Assembly (NCBI GenBank): GCA_964560615.1
Contig: CAZLMT010000007.1
Span: forward strand, 1-42,222
Direction: 5' to 3'
DNA length: 42,222 nt
DNA from: an uncultured Actinomyces sp.
Lineage (GTDB): Bacteria; Actinomycetota; Actinomycetes; S36-B12
Position numbers and translations under genes: made by a program. Numbering within the stretch: the first letter of the stretch is position 1; every line of letters starts with the position of its first letter. Of this stretch, positions 9,256 to 19,411 are shown one piece after another. The notes under the pieces were generated by a model. It was not told where the DNA came from and ran no database searches. It saw only the letters and a program-made list of their open reading frames with translations.

Positions 9256-9303
9256 TCCCGGCTATCGAGGTTTCTCGGTGCCCGCAAACCTCGATTACCG
9301 GGA
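9256..9303. other. extended AT-rich hairpin (16 bp) downstream of the MBL hydrolase gene; possible terminator or small structured RNA
   Basis: tcccgg (9256-9261) pairs with ccggga (9298-9303), and atcgaggttt (9264-9273) pairs with aaacctcgat (9286-9295). The two stems are separated by a 2x2 internal loop. The apical loop is the 12-nt ctcggtgcccgc. Confidence 0.55.
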
Positions 9304-9321
9304 ACTTGGAGCAGATGCGCT

Positions 9322-9403
9322 CGCGAGCCGCTCAGGCCTGATTAACGCGCTCGCCGCGCGAGCCGCTCAGGCCTGATTAACGCGCTCGCCGCGCGAGCCG
9401 CTC
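9322..9403. repeat. 35-bp tandem direct repeat, about 2.3 copies, duplicating the crp stop codon and last 8 codons
   Basis: Copies at 9322-9356 and 9357-9391 are identical. A third partial copy covers 9392-9403 (12 nt, cgcgagccgctc). The unit contains ttaacgcgctcgccgcgcgagccgctc, which is the reverse complement of ERLARRAR-stop. Confidence 0.9.
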
Positions 9404-10051
9404 CATATCAAGCAGCAGTACCTGCCGCTGGTCCACCTCAATCCACCCACGCTGCGTGAAGTCCGCCAGCGCCTTGTTGACCGTCTCCCGCGAAGCGCCC
9501 ACCAACTGGGCGAGCTCCTCCTGGGTGAGGTCATGGTGGACGAGCACGCCGTCAGGTCCGGGCTGGCCGAACTTGTCGGCGAGCTCCAGCAACTGCTTGG
9601 CGACGCGGCCCGGCACATCGGAGAAGACCAGGTCCGCGAGGGCCTCGTTGGTACGTCGCAGACGCTGGGCCAGTGCCTGCAGCAGAGCCTCGGCGACTTC
9701 GGGCCGACCGGTGAGCCACGGGCGCAGGTCGGTGTGGCCGAGGCCCACGACCACGGTGTCGGTGACGGCGGTGGCCGTGGCGGTGCGGGGCCCCGGATCG
9801 AAGAGCGACAACTCGCCGAAGACCTCGCCCGGTCCGAGGACAGCGAGGAGGGACTCGCGGCCATCGGGGGATGTCTGGCCGAGCTTGACCTTGCCGTCGA
9901 GGATGACGTACATCCGGTCGCCGGACTCCCCCTCGGAGAAGATGATGCCCGCGCGCGGCACGCGCTTCTCGGTCATCGAGGCGCGCAGGGCAGCGGCAGC
10001 CTCGGCGTCGAGCGCCGAGAAGAGCGGTGCCTGCATCATTGCGTCGTCCAC
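9377..10051 (-). CDS. crp: Crp/Fnr-family cAMP receptor protein
   Basis: 224 aa. The cNMP-binding region reads FSEGESGDRMYVILDGKVKL...GELSLFDPGPRTATA. The HTH reads SRETVNKALADF and the C-terminus is ERLARRAR. This is near-colinear with M. tuberculosis CRP (Rv3676) as recalled. The GTG start is preceded by GAGGAGGAGG. Confidence 0.93.
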   Translation of the reverse strand: MDDAMMQAPLFSALDAEAAAALRASMTEKRVPRAGIIFSEGESGDRMYVILDGKVKLGQTSPDGRESLLAVLGPGEVFGELSLFDPGPRTATATAVTDTVVVGLGHTDLRPWLTGRPEVAEALLQALAQRLRRTNEALADLVFSDVPGRVAKQLLELADKFGQPGPDGVLVHHDLTQEELAQLVGASRETVNKALADFTQRGWIEVDQRQVLLLDMERLARRAR

Positions 10052-10161
10052 GGGACCTCCTCCTCACAGTCTGGCGTATGAGGGAGCCCGGGGCCCCTGC
10101 AGGTCGGCGGCGCGGCTGATGAGTTCACCCCGAGGACAGGGGCGCGACGTACTCTGACCGG

Positions 10162-10863
10162 GTGCCCGATGCAGTCCGCAAAGCCCGCCGCATGGGCCGC
10201 GTCCTGGCTGAGGCCTACCCGGATGCTGATACCGAGCTCGACTTCGCCAACCCGCTCCAACTCCTCGTGGCCACCGTCCTGTCGGCTCAGAGCACCGATG
10301 AGCGCGTCAACGCCGTCACCCCTGCCCTCTTCGTGCGCTACCCCGACGCCGAGGCCTACGCCGCCGCTGACCGTGCGGAGTTGGAGTCGCTGATCCAGAC
10401 GGTCGGCCTCTACCGCTCGAAGGCCGCAAGCATCCAAGGACTCGCCCAGGCCATCTGCGAGCGTCACGGTGGCGAGGTGCCCGCCACGCTCGATGAGCTG
10501 GTGGCCCTGCCGGGAGTCGGCCGCAAGACGGCCAACGTCGTGCTGGGCAATGCCTTCGGCATCCCCGGCATCACGGTCGACACCCATGTCGGCCGACTCG
10601 CCCGGCGCTTCGGCTGGACCGAGCAGACGGTGCCCGACAAGGTCGAAGCCGATCTCATGGGACTCTTCCCGGCGACGGAGTGGACCGACCTGTCCCACCG
10701 GATGATCCTGCACGGTCGGCGCGTTTGCCACGCCCGCAAGCCCGCGTGCGACGCGTGTCCGCTCGCGTCGATGTGCCCGTCGTCTGCGGTTGTGCCTGCG
10801 AGCAAGGCTCGGCAGCCCCGTGCAGTCGCCGTGGGGCAGGCCCGCACGCAGGCACCGTCATGA
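10162..10863 (+). CDS. nth: endonuclease III
   Basis: 233 aa. The HhH-GPD region reads [17 protein letters not shown]...VDTHV. The Fe-S cluster loop is [20 protein letters not shown] start at 10162. Divergent from crp, as in mycobacteria. Confidence 0.92.
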   Translation: MPDAVRKARRMGRVLAEAYPDADTELDFANPLQLLVATVLSAQSTDERVNAVTPALFVRYPDAEAYAAADRAELESLIQTVGLYRSKAASIQGLAQAICERHGGEVPATLDELVALPGVGRKTANVVLGNAFGIPGITVDTHVGRLARRFGWTEQTVPDKVEADLMGLFPATEWTDLSHRMILHGRRVCHARKPACDACPLASMCPSSAVVPASKARQPRAVAVGQARTQAPS

Positions 10864-11540
10864 CGCAGCGTGACCCCGCCACGGGCTATGCCCTACCCGG
10901 GGTGGATCTGCCGGAGTGGCTGCGACCCGTCGCTGATGCGGTCGCGGGTGTCAAGGGATCGGACCTCACGCGATTCCTGCCGCCGCCGAGCGGCGGGCGC
11001 GCCTCCGCCGTGCTCATGCTGCTTGGCGAGGGGGACCGGGGTCCTGACCTGCTGCTCATTGAGCGTGCGCGCGCCATGCGCTCGCACGCGGGTCAGCCGG
11101 CCTTCCCCGGAGGCGCACTGGATCCGGGCGATGCGGGGCCCATCGCCGCAGCACTGCGCGAGGCACAGGAGGAGACCGCACTCGATCCGTCCGGCGTAGA
11201 GCCCTTCGCGCTCCTGCCGGATCTCTGGGTGCCGGTGAGCGACTTCATCGTCACGCCGGTGCTCGCCTGGTGGCGCGAGCCCTCGCCGGTCCGCGTGGCG
11301 GATCCATCCGAGGTGGCGAGTGTCCACCGCGTGTCCATCGAGGAGTTGGCCGATCCAGCGCGACGCATGCGGGTGCGCCACCCGTCCGGCTACGTCGGCT
11401 CTGGGTTCGACGTAGCCGGACTGCTCGTATGGGGCTTCACGGCTGGCCTCATCAGCGGTCTCCTCGACCTCGCCGACTGGAGCAGACCGTGGGATCCCGA
11501 GCGCATCGTGGATCTCGACCCGGGCGAGGAACTGGCGTGA
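10860..11540 (+). CDS. NUDIX hydrolase (CoA pyrophosphatase-like)
   Basis: ATG at 10860 overlaps the nth stop (ATGA) and lies in frame in track ORF 10680-11540. Motifs are PGGALDPGD....[11 protein letters not shown]. Confidence 0.8.
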   Translation: MTQRDPATGYALPGVDLPEWLRPVADAVAGVKGSDLTRFLPPPSGGRASAVLMLLGEGDRGPDLLLIERARAMRSHAGQPAFPGGALDPGDAGPIAAALREAQEETALDPSGVEPFALLPDLWVPVSDFIVTPVLAWWREPSPVRVADPSEVASVHRVSIEELADPARRMRVRHPSGYVGSGFDVAGLLVWGFTAGLISGLLDLADWSRPWDPERIVDLDPGEELA

Positions 11541-12718
11541 ACGTCGTCGACGCCATCGTCCTCGCCGCGATCGTGGTCTTCGCGTGGACGGGATGGCGCC
11601 AGGGCTTCGTCGCAGGCCTGCTCTCCTTCGGTGGCTTTCTCATCGGAGCCCTCACGGCCGCGCTGCTGCTGCCTCGTGTGCTCGAAGGCTTCGCGCTACC
11701 GGGATTCCTCGGTGCCGTCATCCTCGCTACGGCGATCCTCGTGGCGGCTCTCGCGGGCCAGACCCTCGCCTCCTTCCTCGGTCGCCGACTGCGCTCTGCG
11801 ATGACGTGGAAGGGGGTGCAGGTCGTGGATAGCGCGGCGGGGGCAGCACTCAACGTCGTCGCCCTCGCGGTCGTCCTATGGATCATCGCGACCGCTGTCG
11901 GTCTCGTGCCGAGTCTCGCCGTCGCTCGTGAGGTCCGCTCCGCGCTCGTCCTGCGGACCCTCGACTCCGCCGTGCCCGACCGCGCGCGCGACCTCTTCTC
12001 GGGACTCCGCAATGCCGTGGACGCCTCGGGCCTGCCGCGGGTCTTCTCGGGATTCGGCCAGTACGCCGGACCGCAGGTGCCCGCGCCTAATGATCGCCTC
12101 CTGAGGGACCCAGCCATCCGCGCGGCGTGGCCATCACTCGTCAAGGTCACCGCTGTCGCCTGCGATGCCGTCGTCACCGGGTCAGGCTTCGCCTACGCGT
12201 CGGGTCGGATTCTCACCAACGCGCATGTCGTCGCGGGCTCGGAGCAGCCGAGCGTGCGCATCCCCGGAGACCCATTGAGCTACGCCGCGACGGTCGTGGC
12301 CATCGACCCGCGACTCGATCTCGCCGTGCTGCGCGTCGACGGGCTCCCCGCCCCGCCACTTGCCTTCGCCGCGCGCGCGGCCGAGACGGGAGACAGCGCT
12401 GTCGTCGCGGGATTCCCCGGCGGTGGCGATCTCGAGGCGGAGGCGGCGCGCATCCGGGCGCGCATCGATGCCCGGGGAGAGGACATCTACGGGCGCTCCG
12501 GTGTCGTGCGCGATGTCTACTCTTTTCGCGGCACCGTGGTGCCGGGCAACTCGGGTGGTCCGCTTCTCGCTCCCAACGGACGTGTCTACGGGGTTGTCTT
12601 CGCCGCAGGCCTCGGCGAGGAAGAGACCGGCTACGCGATCACGGCAGAGCAGGCAGCTCCGCTGGCCGCGCAGGGTGTCACGGCGTCGGACGCCGTCGAC
12701 ACCGGCCGCTGCCGCTAG
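11537..12718 (+). CDS. marP: MarP-like membrane serine protease (CvpA-type TM domain plus trypsin-like domain)
   Basis: GTG at 11537 overlaps the upstream stop (GTGA). The N-terminus has 4 hydrophobic helices. The protease triad context is TNAHVV, a central Asp, and GNSGGPL. Its position after nth and NUDIX matches Rv3671c (recalled). Confidence 0.85.
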   Translation: MNVVDAIVLAAIVVFAWTGWRQGFVAGLLSFGGFLIGALTAALLLPRVLEGFALPGFLGAVILATAILVAALAGQTLASFLGRRLRSAMTWKGVQVVDSAAGAALNVVALAVVLWIIATAVGLVPSLAVAREVRSALVLRTLDSAVPDRARDLFSGLRNAVDASGLPRVFSGFGQYAGPQVPAPNDRLLRDPAIRAAWPSLVKVTAVACDAVVTGSGFAYASGRILTNAHVVAGSEQPSVRIPGDPLSYAATVVAIDPRLDLAVLRVDGLPAPPLAFAARAAETGDSAVVAGFPGGGDLEAEAARIRARIDARGEDIYGRSGVVRDVYSFRGTVVPGNSGGPLLAPNGRVYGVVFAAGLGEEETGYAITAEQAAPLAAQGVTASDAVDTGRCR

Positions 12719-13101
12719 ACGTCGCTCGCGCCGCAGGGGGCCGTCAGGGAGTTGATGAGCGATCGGGTGGCGTCGTCTACGGGACCGGCGTACTCCTCGA
12801 TGCTCACCTGACCCCGCGCAATGAGCCGTGAAGCGCCCACCGGGTTGCCGCGGGCCGCGTGTGTCGCCCCGGCTGCTGCCTGTGCGAGGCCGCGCCACAG
12901 CACCCGCTCGTCAGCGGGGCAGCAGCGCCAGCGCATCTCGAGCACTTCGTGAGCGTGGAAGGGAAGCCCCTGGTCCAGATACGCGGTGGCCTCGGCGACG
13001 GCCTCGCATGACGTGATGCTCTCTCGCTGCTCTACGCCAGGGAAGCCGATGGCATTCCGGGCCAGCGGGCGACCGAGCCGGTCGCGCGGCCGTTCAGTCA
13101 C
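12715..13101 (-). CDS. DUF309 domain protein
   Basis: 128 aa. The pattern YLDQGLPFHAHEVLEMRW....LWRGLAQ.AAG..HAARGN fits DUF309. GTG start at 13101 overlaps the upstream gene by 8 nt. Its stop (cta, 12715-12717) overlaps the marP stop (tag, 12716-12718). Confidence 0.75.
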   Translation of the reverse strand: MTERPRDRLGRPLARNAIGFPGVEQRESITSCEAVAEATAYLDQGLPFHAHEVLEMRWRCCPADERVLWRGLAQAAAGATHAARGNPVGASRLIARGQVSIEEYAGPVDDATRSLINSLTAPCGASDV

Positions 13102-14014
13102 GGGGCAGGCCGGCCAGCCAACTCAACACGAGAGCGTCGAAGTGCTCAGGTGCCTCCTCGTGGGGGAAGTGCCCGACAGAGTCGATGACGCGGAACTCGT
13201 ACGGACCATGCACCCACTCGCCGGAGCCCTCGGCACTGCGCAGGAGCACGGAGGGATCCTCGGCGCCGTGAATGTGGAGCACCGGGACCTCGATGGGCGT
13301 CTCCATGCGATGGCCGTAGCGGACGCCGTCGGTGCGCACGAGCGAGCGCAGCGCCCAGCGGTGGTATTCGACCGCGCAGTGAGCGGTCGGCCACAGGGAG
13401 AAGGCGGAGCGATAGGCGAGCGCGGTCTGTGCATCGGGCCACCCCGGTGTCGCGGACCACGACTGCAGGATCTCGGCGATGCGGGAGCAGTCGTCCGCCA
13501 TGAGCGAGCGCTCGGGCAGGAAGGGCCATTGGAAGCCCACGGCGTAAAGAGCCTGGCGACGTTGGATGGCATCCCTCACGATGGCCGCCCGGAAGCGCCG
13601 CGGGTGCGGCATGGACACCGGGACGATGGCATCCACCACCTCGGGATCGAGCACGGCCATGCTCCACGCGATCAGCCCACCCCAGCCGTGGCCTATCACG
13701 GTCGCCGAAGGCTCGCCGAGGCTGCGAATCACACCCGCGACGTCGCGGGAGAGGGTCGTGGGGTCGTAGCCGTGCGGCGTGTGGTCGGAGCCGCCGTAGC
13801 CCCGCAGGTCCATGGCGACGACCCGGTAGCCGGCATCGACGAACGTGCGAAGTTGATGTCGCCAGGACCACCAGAGGGTGGGGAAGCCGTGGAGGAAGAC
13901 GATGAGTGGCCCCTCGCCGGCCTCGACGATGTGGAAGCGCGCTCCGTTAGCGGAAACCTCACGATGTGCCCAGGGACCGGGCGCGCGGATGATGACGTCT
14001 GGGTCGAGGAGCAC
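13094..14014 (-). CDS. alpha/beta hydrolase, epoxide-hydrolase-like (EphE-like), with Gly at the nucleophile position
   Basis: 306 aa. HGFP oxyanion motif followed by WWSWRHQ. The nucleophile elbow reads GHGWGG instead of GHDWGG. The C-terminal part has HGAEDP and GHFPHEE. Confidence 0.8.
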   Translation of the reverse strand: MLLDPDVIIRAPGPWAHREVSANGARFHIVEAGEGPLIVFLHGFPTLWWSWRHQLRTFVDAGYRVVAMDLRGYGGSDHTPHGYDPTTLSRDVAGVIRSLGEPSATVIGHGWGGLIAWSMAVLDPEVVDAIVPVSMPHPRRFRAAIVRDAIQRRQALYAVGFQWPFLPERSLMADDCSRIAEILQSWSATPGWPDAQTALAYRSAFSLWPTAHCAVEYHRWALRSLVRTDGVRYGHRMETPIEVPVLHIHGAEDPSVLLRSAEGSGEWVHGPYEFRVIDSVGHFPHEEAPEHFDALVLSWLAGLPRD

Positions 14015-14020
14015 GTGGCG

Positions 14021-14452
14021 TCAGCGCTCGGGCAGGGCGCGCGACTCCGTCACCTGTTCGACGGCCCCCTGCAGGGTCGTCTTGGTCTGCTCGATCTGCG
14101 CGATCGTGCGGTCCGGGCCCTTGATCTTGCTCGCTTCCTTCTTGCCGAGGAGTCCGAGGATTGCCGCCACGACGAAGAGCAGCAGCGTCACGATGCCGAA
14201 GCCGGCCCACACAGGCAGGCCCAGTGCGACGAGGACATACGCGAGCGTGACGAGCAGGAAGATCCCGCCGAGCGCTGCCATCGACAGTGCGGTCACAAGG
14301 AAGATGCCGGTCTTGCCCGCAGCGCGCCCGGTCTGCTGGAGCTCGAGCTTGGCCAGCGCGATCTGCGCCTTGACTAGGCGCTGGAGGTCGGCGACGGCAG
14401 CGGCGACGAGGGCCTTGATCGAGGCCTCCCCCGGGGGAGTCGTGTCTGGCAT
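14021..14452 (-). CDS. holin-X-like (phage holin superfamily III / DUF1469-like) membrane protein
   Basis: Two central TM helices flanked by amphipathic helices. The preferred start is ATG at 14452, because GAAGGAG lies 6 nt upstream. The track start at 14479 is a GTG with no SD. Confidence 0.65.
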   Translation of the reverse strand: MPDTTPPGEASIKALVAAAVADLQRLVKAQIALAKLELQQTGRAAGKTGIFLVTALSMAALGGIFLLVTLAYVLVALGLPVWAGFGIVTLLLFVVAAILGLLGKKEASKIKGPDRTIAQIEQTKTTLQGAVEQVTESRALPER

Positions 14453-14484
14453 GGTGGTCTCCTTCGCTGTCCGTCTCACGAAGG

Positions 14485-15834
14485 TTAGTGGGTCGCCTGG
14501 GGTGGTGTGCCCGCTTCCCCATCGGGGGCCCCTTGGTAGACGTCAGGGATCCCATCGCCGTCCACGTCGGCCTCCTCGACGGCGGCGGCACGTCGGTAGT
14601 GCCTATTGCGGGCCAGGAGGAGAACCGAGGCGATGAGTGCGGCGACGACCGACGCCGAGAAGACCGCCACCTTCGCGCTGTCGAGGAGCCCCTCATCGGT
14701 GGAGTACGCCAACTCCGTGATGAGCAATGCGACGGTGAAGCCGATGCCGGCGAGCACGCCCACGGCGAGGACGTCCTGCCAGCCGATCGCGGGGTTGAGG
14801 CGTGCGCGCGTGAACCGGGCCATGAGCCAGGCGGTGGAGACGATGCCGAGGGGTTTGCCGAGGATGAGGCCGGCCATGATGCCGATCGCGACGGGGCTGC
14901 TCAGGGGCTCGATGAGCCCGGTGCTGCGCAGGTCGACACCGGCGGCGAAGAAGGCGAAGAGTGGCACGCACAGTCCGGCACTGAGTGGCAAGAGCATGCG
15001 CTGCAGGCGATCCACCGGCGACTCTGTCTCCCCGGGATCTGTGCTCGATCGCGTGAGCAGTGCCAGCGCGACACCGGCGACGGTGGCGTGGACGCCGCTC
15101 TCGTGCATGGCCCACCAGATGACGAGCGCGAGGGGGATATAGATGAAGGGACTGCGCACTCGGCGCCGCTGCAGCAGCCAGTAGACGCCGAGCAGGGCTA
15201 CCGCAAGGAGGAAGAAGGCGATGGAGAAGCCCTTGGAGTAGAAGATCGCGATGATCGTGATCGCGCCCAGGTCATCGACGACGGCGAGGGTGAGGAGGAA
15301 GGCGCGCAAGGCGACAGGGAGCATGCGCCCCACGACCGCGAGCACGGCTAGGGCGAAGGCAATGTCGGTGGCCATGGGCACGGCCCAGCCGCGCAACCCG
15401 CCGTCCTCTCCTGACGTCGCCACGATCACCACGAAGATGATCGCGGGGACGGCCATCCCGCCGAGGGCCGCGGCGATGGGGACCGCAGCCTGTGCGGGCT
15501 TGGACAGTGTGCCGTGGGTGAGTTCGTGCTTGAGCTCGAGTCCCGCGACGAAGAAGAAGACCGCGAGCATGCCATCGGCAGCCCACGTCGCAAGGCTGAG
15601 GTTGAGGCCCAGTGCCTCGGGACCGACGGTGATGGCACCCAACGCGAAGTAGGCATCACCCCACGGTGAATTGGCCCACGCGAGGGCGATGACCGCCGCG
15701 ATGAGCAGCAGTACGCCGCCGATGGTTTCCCCGCGGAGTGCGCGCAGCAGCCAGATGCGCTCGCCGAGAGTGGGGCGGTCGAAGATCTGGTGCGTCATGC
15801 CGTCAGGCAATGGACTCCCAGCAGGGGTGGTCAC
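14485..15834 (-). CDS. nhaA: Na+/H+ antiporter NhaA
   Basis: 449 aa polytopic protein. Motifs are WANSPW, FFFVAGLELKHE and AVVDDLGAI. It has an acidic C-terminal extension. The start is GTG at 15834 or ATG at 15798 (MTHQIF...). Confidence 0.9.
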   Translation of the reverse strand: MTTPAGSPLPDGMTHQIFDRPTLGERIWLLRALRGETIGGVLLLIAAVIALAWANSPWGDAYFALGAITVGPEALGLNLSLATWAADGMLAVFFFVAGLELKHELTHGTLSKPAQAAVPIAAALGGMAVPAIIFVVIVATSGEDGGLRGWAVPMATDIAFALAVLAVVGRMLPVALRAFLLTLAVVDDLGAITIIAIFYSKGFSIAFFLLAVALLGVYWLLQRRRVRSPFIYIPLALVIWWAMHESGVHATVAGVALALLTRSSTDPGETESPVDRLQRMLLPLSAGLCVPLFAFFAAGVDLRSTGLIEPLSSPVAIGIMAGLILGKPLGIVSTAWLMARFTRARLNPAIGWQDVLAVGVLAGIGFTVALLITELAYSTDEGLLDSAKVAVFSASVVAALIASVLLLARNRHYRRAAAVEEADVDGDGIPDVYQGAPDGEAGTPPQATH

Positions 15835-15949
15835 GCGGGGCCTCCAGGGTCGGTCGTATGACTGCCGACCAGGCTTCCCGGCTCACCGTGGGTCAATCTA
15901 CCCGCAGCGCAGGTCCTCCCGCCTCGCGGGCTCAATCGTTGAGTGGCGC

Positions 15950-17914
<1,965 letters not shown>

Positions 17915-17956
17915 GTCTCCTCCTCGAGGTCCTCACCGCCGCCCGTGCTCTCGGCG

Positions 17957-17972
17957 TGTGACATGGGCCACG
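17957..17972. promoter_or_regulatory. candidate CRP-type site TGTGA-N6-CCACG upstream of acs
   Basis: tgtgacatgggccacg matches 8 of 10 consensus positions of TGTGA-N6-TCACA. It lies 43-58 nt upstream of the acs GTG, in the acs/CE4-like divergent spacer. Confidence 0.25.
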
Positions 17973-18160
17973 GTAGTCGTCCGCCGTGAGCGGCGAGGCG
18001 GCTCTGGGAGACAGGAGGGGTAGGCCTCCCGGCGCGGCCCGGCGGGTCGGCCAAGCCGCCCCTGTCGGGCTCCCCCGCGCGTCACGGGGAGCCTTGGGCG
18101 CCCGCCATGCGTCAGGATGGGGAGAGGTCGGTCCCCCCGATCACAACACTGGAGGTTCGG

Positions 18161-19411
18161 ATGCGCCCCCGCGTGCTCGTCCCGCTGCTGCTCGCCCTGG
18201 CGGCAGCCATGGGCCTGGTCGTGGGCGCCGTGCTCCCCGGCTCCCCCTCGACCCCGACCGCGGACTCCTCGGCGTCGGCCTCCGCCGATCCCAGCGAGGG
18301 CGGCAATCCCGAGTCGCCCACAGCGGAGCCGCTGCCCACCGACTCCTCTGCATCCCCGGCCATCGGCGAAGTCATGGGTGAGGGCGGCGGAGTGTCCGCG
18401 GTCAATCTCCCGCAGCCGGACTTCCCCGTGGAGAAGCTTGCACCGGGCGAGAAGCCGCCGCAGTTCGTCACCATCTCCTTCGACGGCTCCTGCAGCCTCG
18501 ACATCATGCGGCACTACCTGGACACCGCCGAGCAGGTGGATGCCTTCTTCACGTTCTTCATCTCCGGGCTGTGCCTGCTGCCCGAGGCTGATCGTTTCCT
18601 CTACCAGACTCCTGGCCGCGAGGCGGGCTCCAGCGCGATCGGCTTCGCCGACGATGCGCAGGAGGTCGTCGGGCGCATTGCCAACTACAAGGAGGCCTAC
18701 GAGCGCGGCCACGAAATGGGCACGCACTTCCTCGGTCACTGGTGCGAGCCCAATGACGGGGCGGTCAATTCATGGGGCCCCGCGGAGTGGCAGAGCGAAT
18801 TCGCCCAGGACGCCGGCTTCATGGACAACTGGGCGGCCAACAACGGCATCACCGACCCGATTCCGCTGCCCTTCAATTACAGCGTGGTGCAGGGGGCGCG
18901 TACGCCGTGCCTCGAGGGACAGCGCGACGTGATGTACCCGATCTTCGTCGAGAACGGCTTCACCTACGACGCGTCCAATCCCGGGATGCTTCAGTGGCCT
19001 GTGCAGAACGAGTACGGCCTGTGGGACTTCCCGCTGCAGACCATGAAGGTCATCGGCTACGACCGGTCGAATTTGTCCATGGACTACAACTTCCTCTGCG
19101 CGCAAAACGACTGCCAGCAGCAGGCCGACCAGGCGACGTGCGACCGGATCGAGCAGTCGACGTACGACTCGCTCATGGCCGTGACCGACGCGCTCTACAA
19201 CGGCAACCGCGCGCCCTTCTTCTTTGGCAATCACTTCAACACCTGGGTGTGCGGCGCGTATCAGAACGCCATCACGCGCTATGTCCTCGATGCCTCGGCG
19301 AAGTACCCGGACCTGAAGTTCGTCTCCAACGCCCAGCTCGTGAAGTGGCTCGACGCCCAGGACCCCGCGGTCCTGCAGCAGCTCGTGGCCCAGGGGGTGC
19401 AGTCGTACTGA
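18161..19411 (+). CDS. secreted polysaccharide-deacetylase-like (CE4/NodB-like) protein
   Basis: ATG at 18161 with GGAGG 6 nt upstream, in frame in track ORF 18107-19411. The signal peptide MRPRVLVPLLLALAAAMG is followed by a Ser/Pro-rich linker. VTISFDGS corresponds to TFDDG, and GHEMGTHFLGH corresponds to H-x4-H. The mature part has 8 Cys. Confidence 0.6.
   Translation: MRPRVLVPLLLALAAAMGLVVGAVLPGSPSTPTADSSASASADPSEGGNPESPTAEPLPTDSSASPAIGEVMGEGGGVSAVNLPQPDFPVEKLAPGEKPPQFVTISFDGSCSLDIMRHYLDTAEQVDAFFTFFISGLCLLPEADRFLYQTPGREAGSSAIGFADDAQEVVGRIANYKEAYERGHEMGTHFLGHWCEPNDGAVNSWGPAEWQSEFAQDAGFMDNWAANNGITDPIPLPFNYSVVQGARTPCLEGQRDVMYPIFVENGFTYDASNPGMLQWPVQNEYGLWDFPLQTMKVIGYDRSNLSMDYNFLCAQNDCQQQADQATCDRIEQSTYDSLMAVTDALYNGNRAPFFFGNHFNTWVCGAYQNAITRYVLDASAKYPDLKFVSNAQLVKWLDAQDPAVLQQLVAQGVQSY

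Noticed and set aside
9322-9403. The tandem repeats (also 20098-20132, 27462-27510, 39236-39289) as CRISPR or minisatellite arrays.
   Set aside because: There are only about two copies each, with no unique spacers between units and no cas genes. They are simple local duplications.
10052-10161. An autoregulatory CRP site in the crp/nth divergent spacer.
   Set aside because: Only isolated half-site-like pentamers occur (TCACA at about 10064, and gtTCACc near 10127). None has a partner at the N6 spacing, so there is no credible 16-mer.
12986-14377. Long ORFs antisense to or overlapping recognised genes. Examples: 12986-14377 (+, 463 aa), 23685-24860 (-, 391 aa), 34516-36144 (-, 542 aa), 41308-42219 (-, 303 aa), 17933-18739 (-), 10036-10731 (-), 4481-5557 (+), 18772-19344 (+).
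   Set aside because: Each lies opposite or out of frame to a gene with unambiguous family motifs. Their translations are Arg/Gly/Pro/Ala/His-rich low complexity with no motifs. Such shadow ORFs are expected in very GC-rich DNA, where stop codons are rare.
14021-14452. The holin-like gene as a prophage remnant.
   Set aside because: No phage structural, integrase or lysin genes are nearby, and there is no compositional shift. The gene sits in an operon with nhaA and hydrolase genes. This holin-X/DUF1469 family is commonly chromosomal in actinobacteria.
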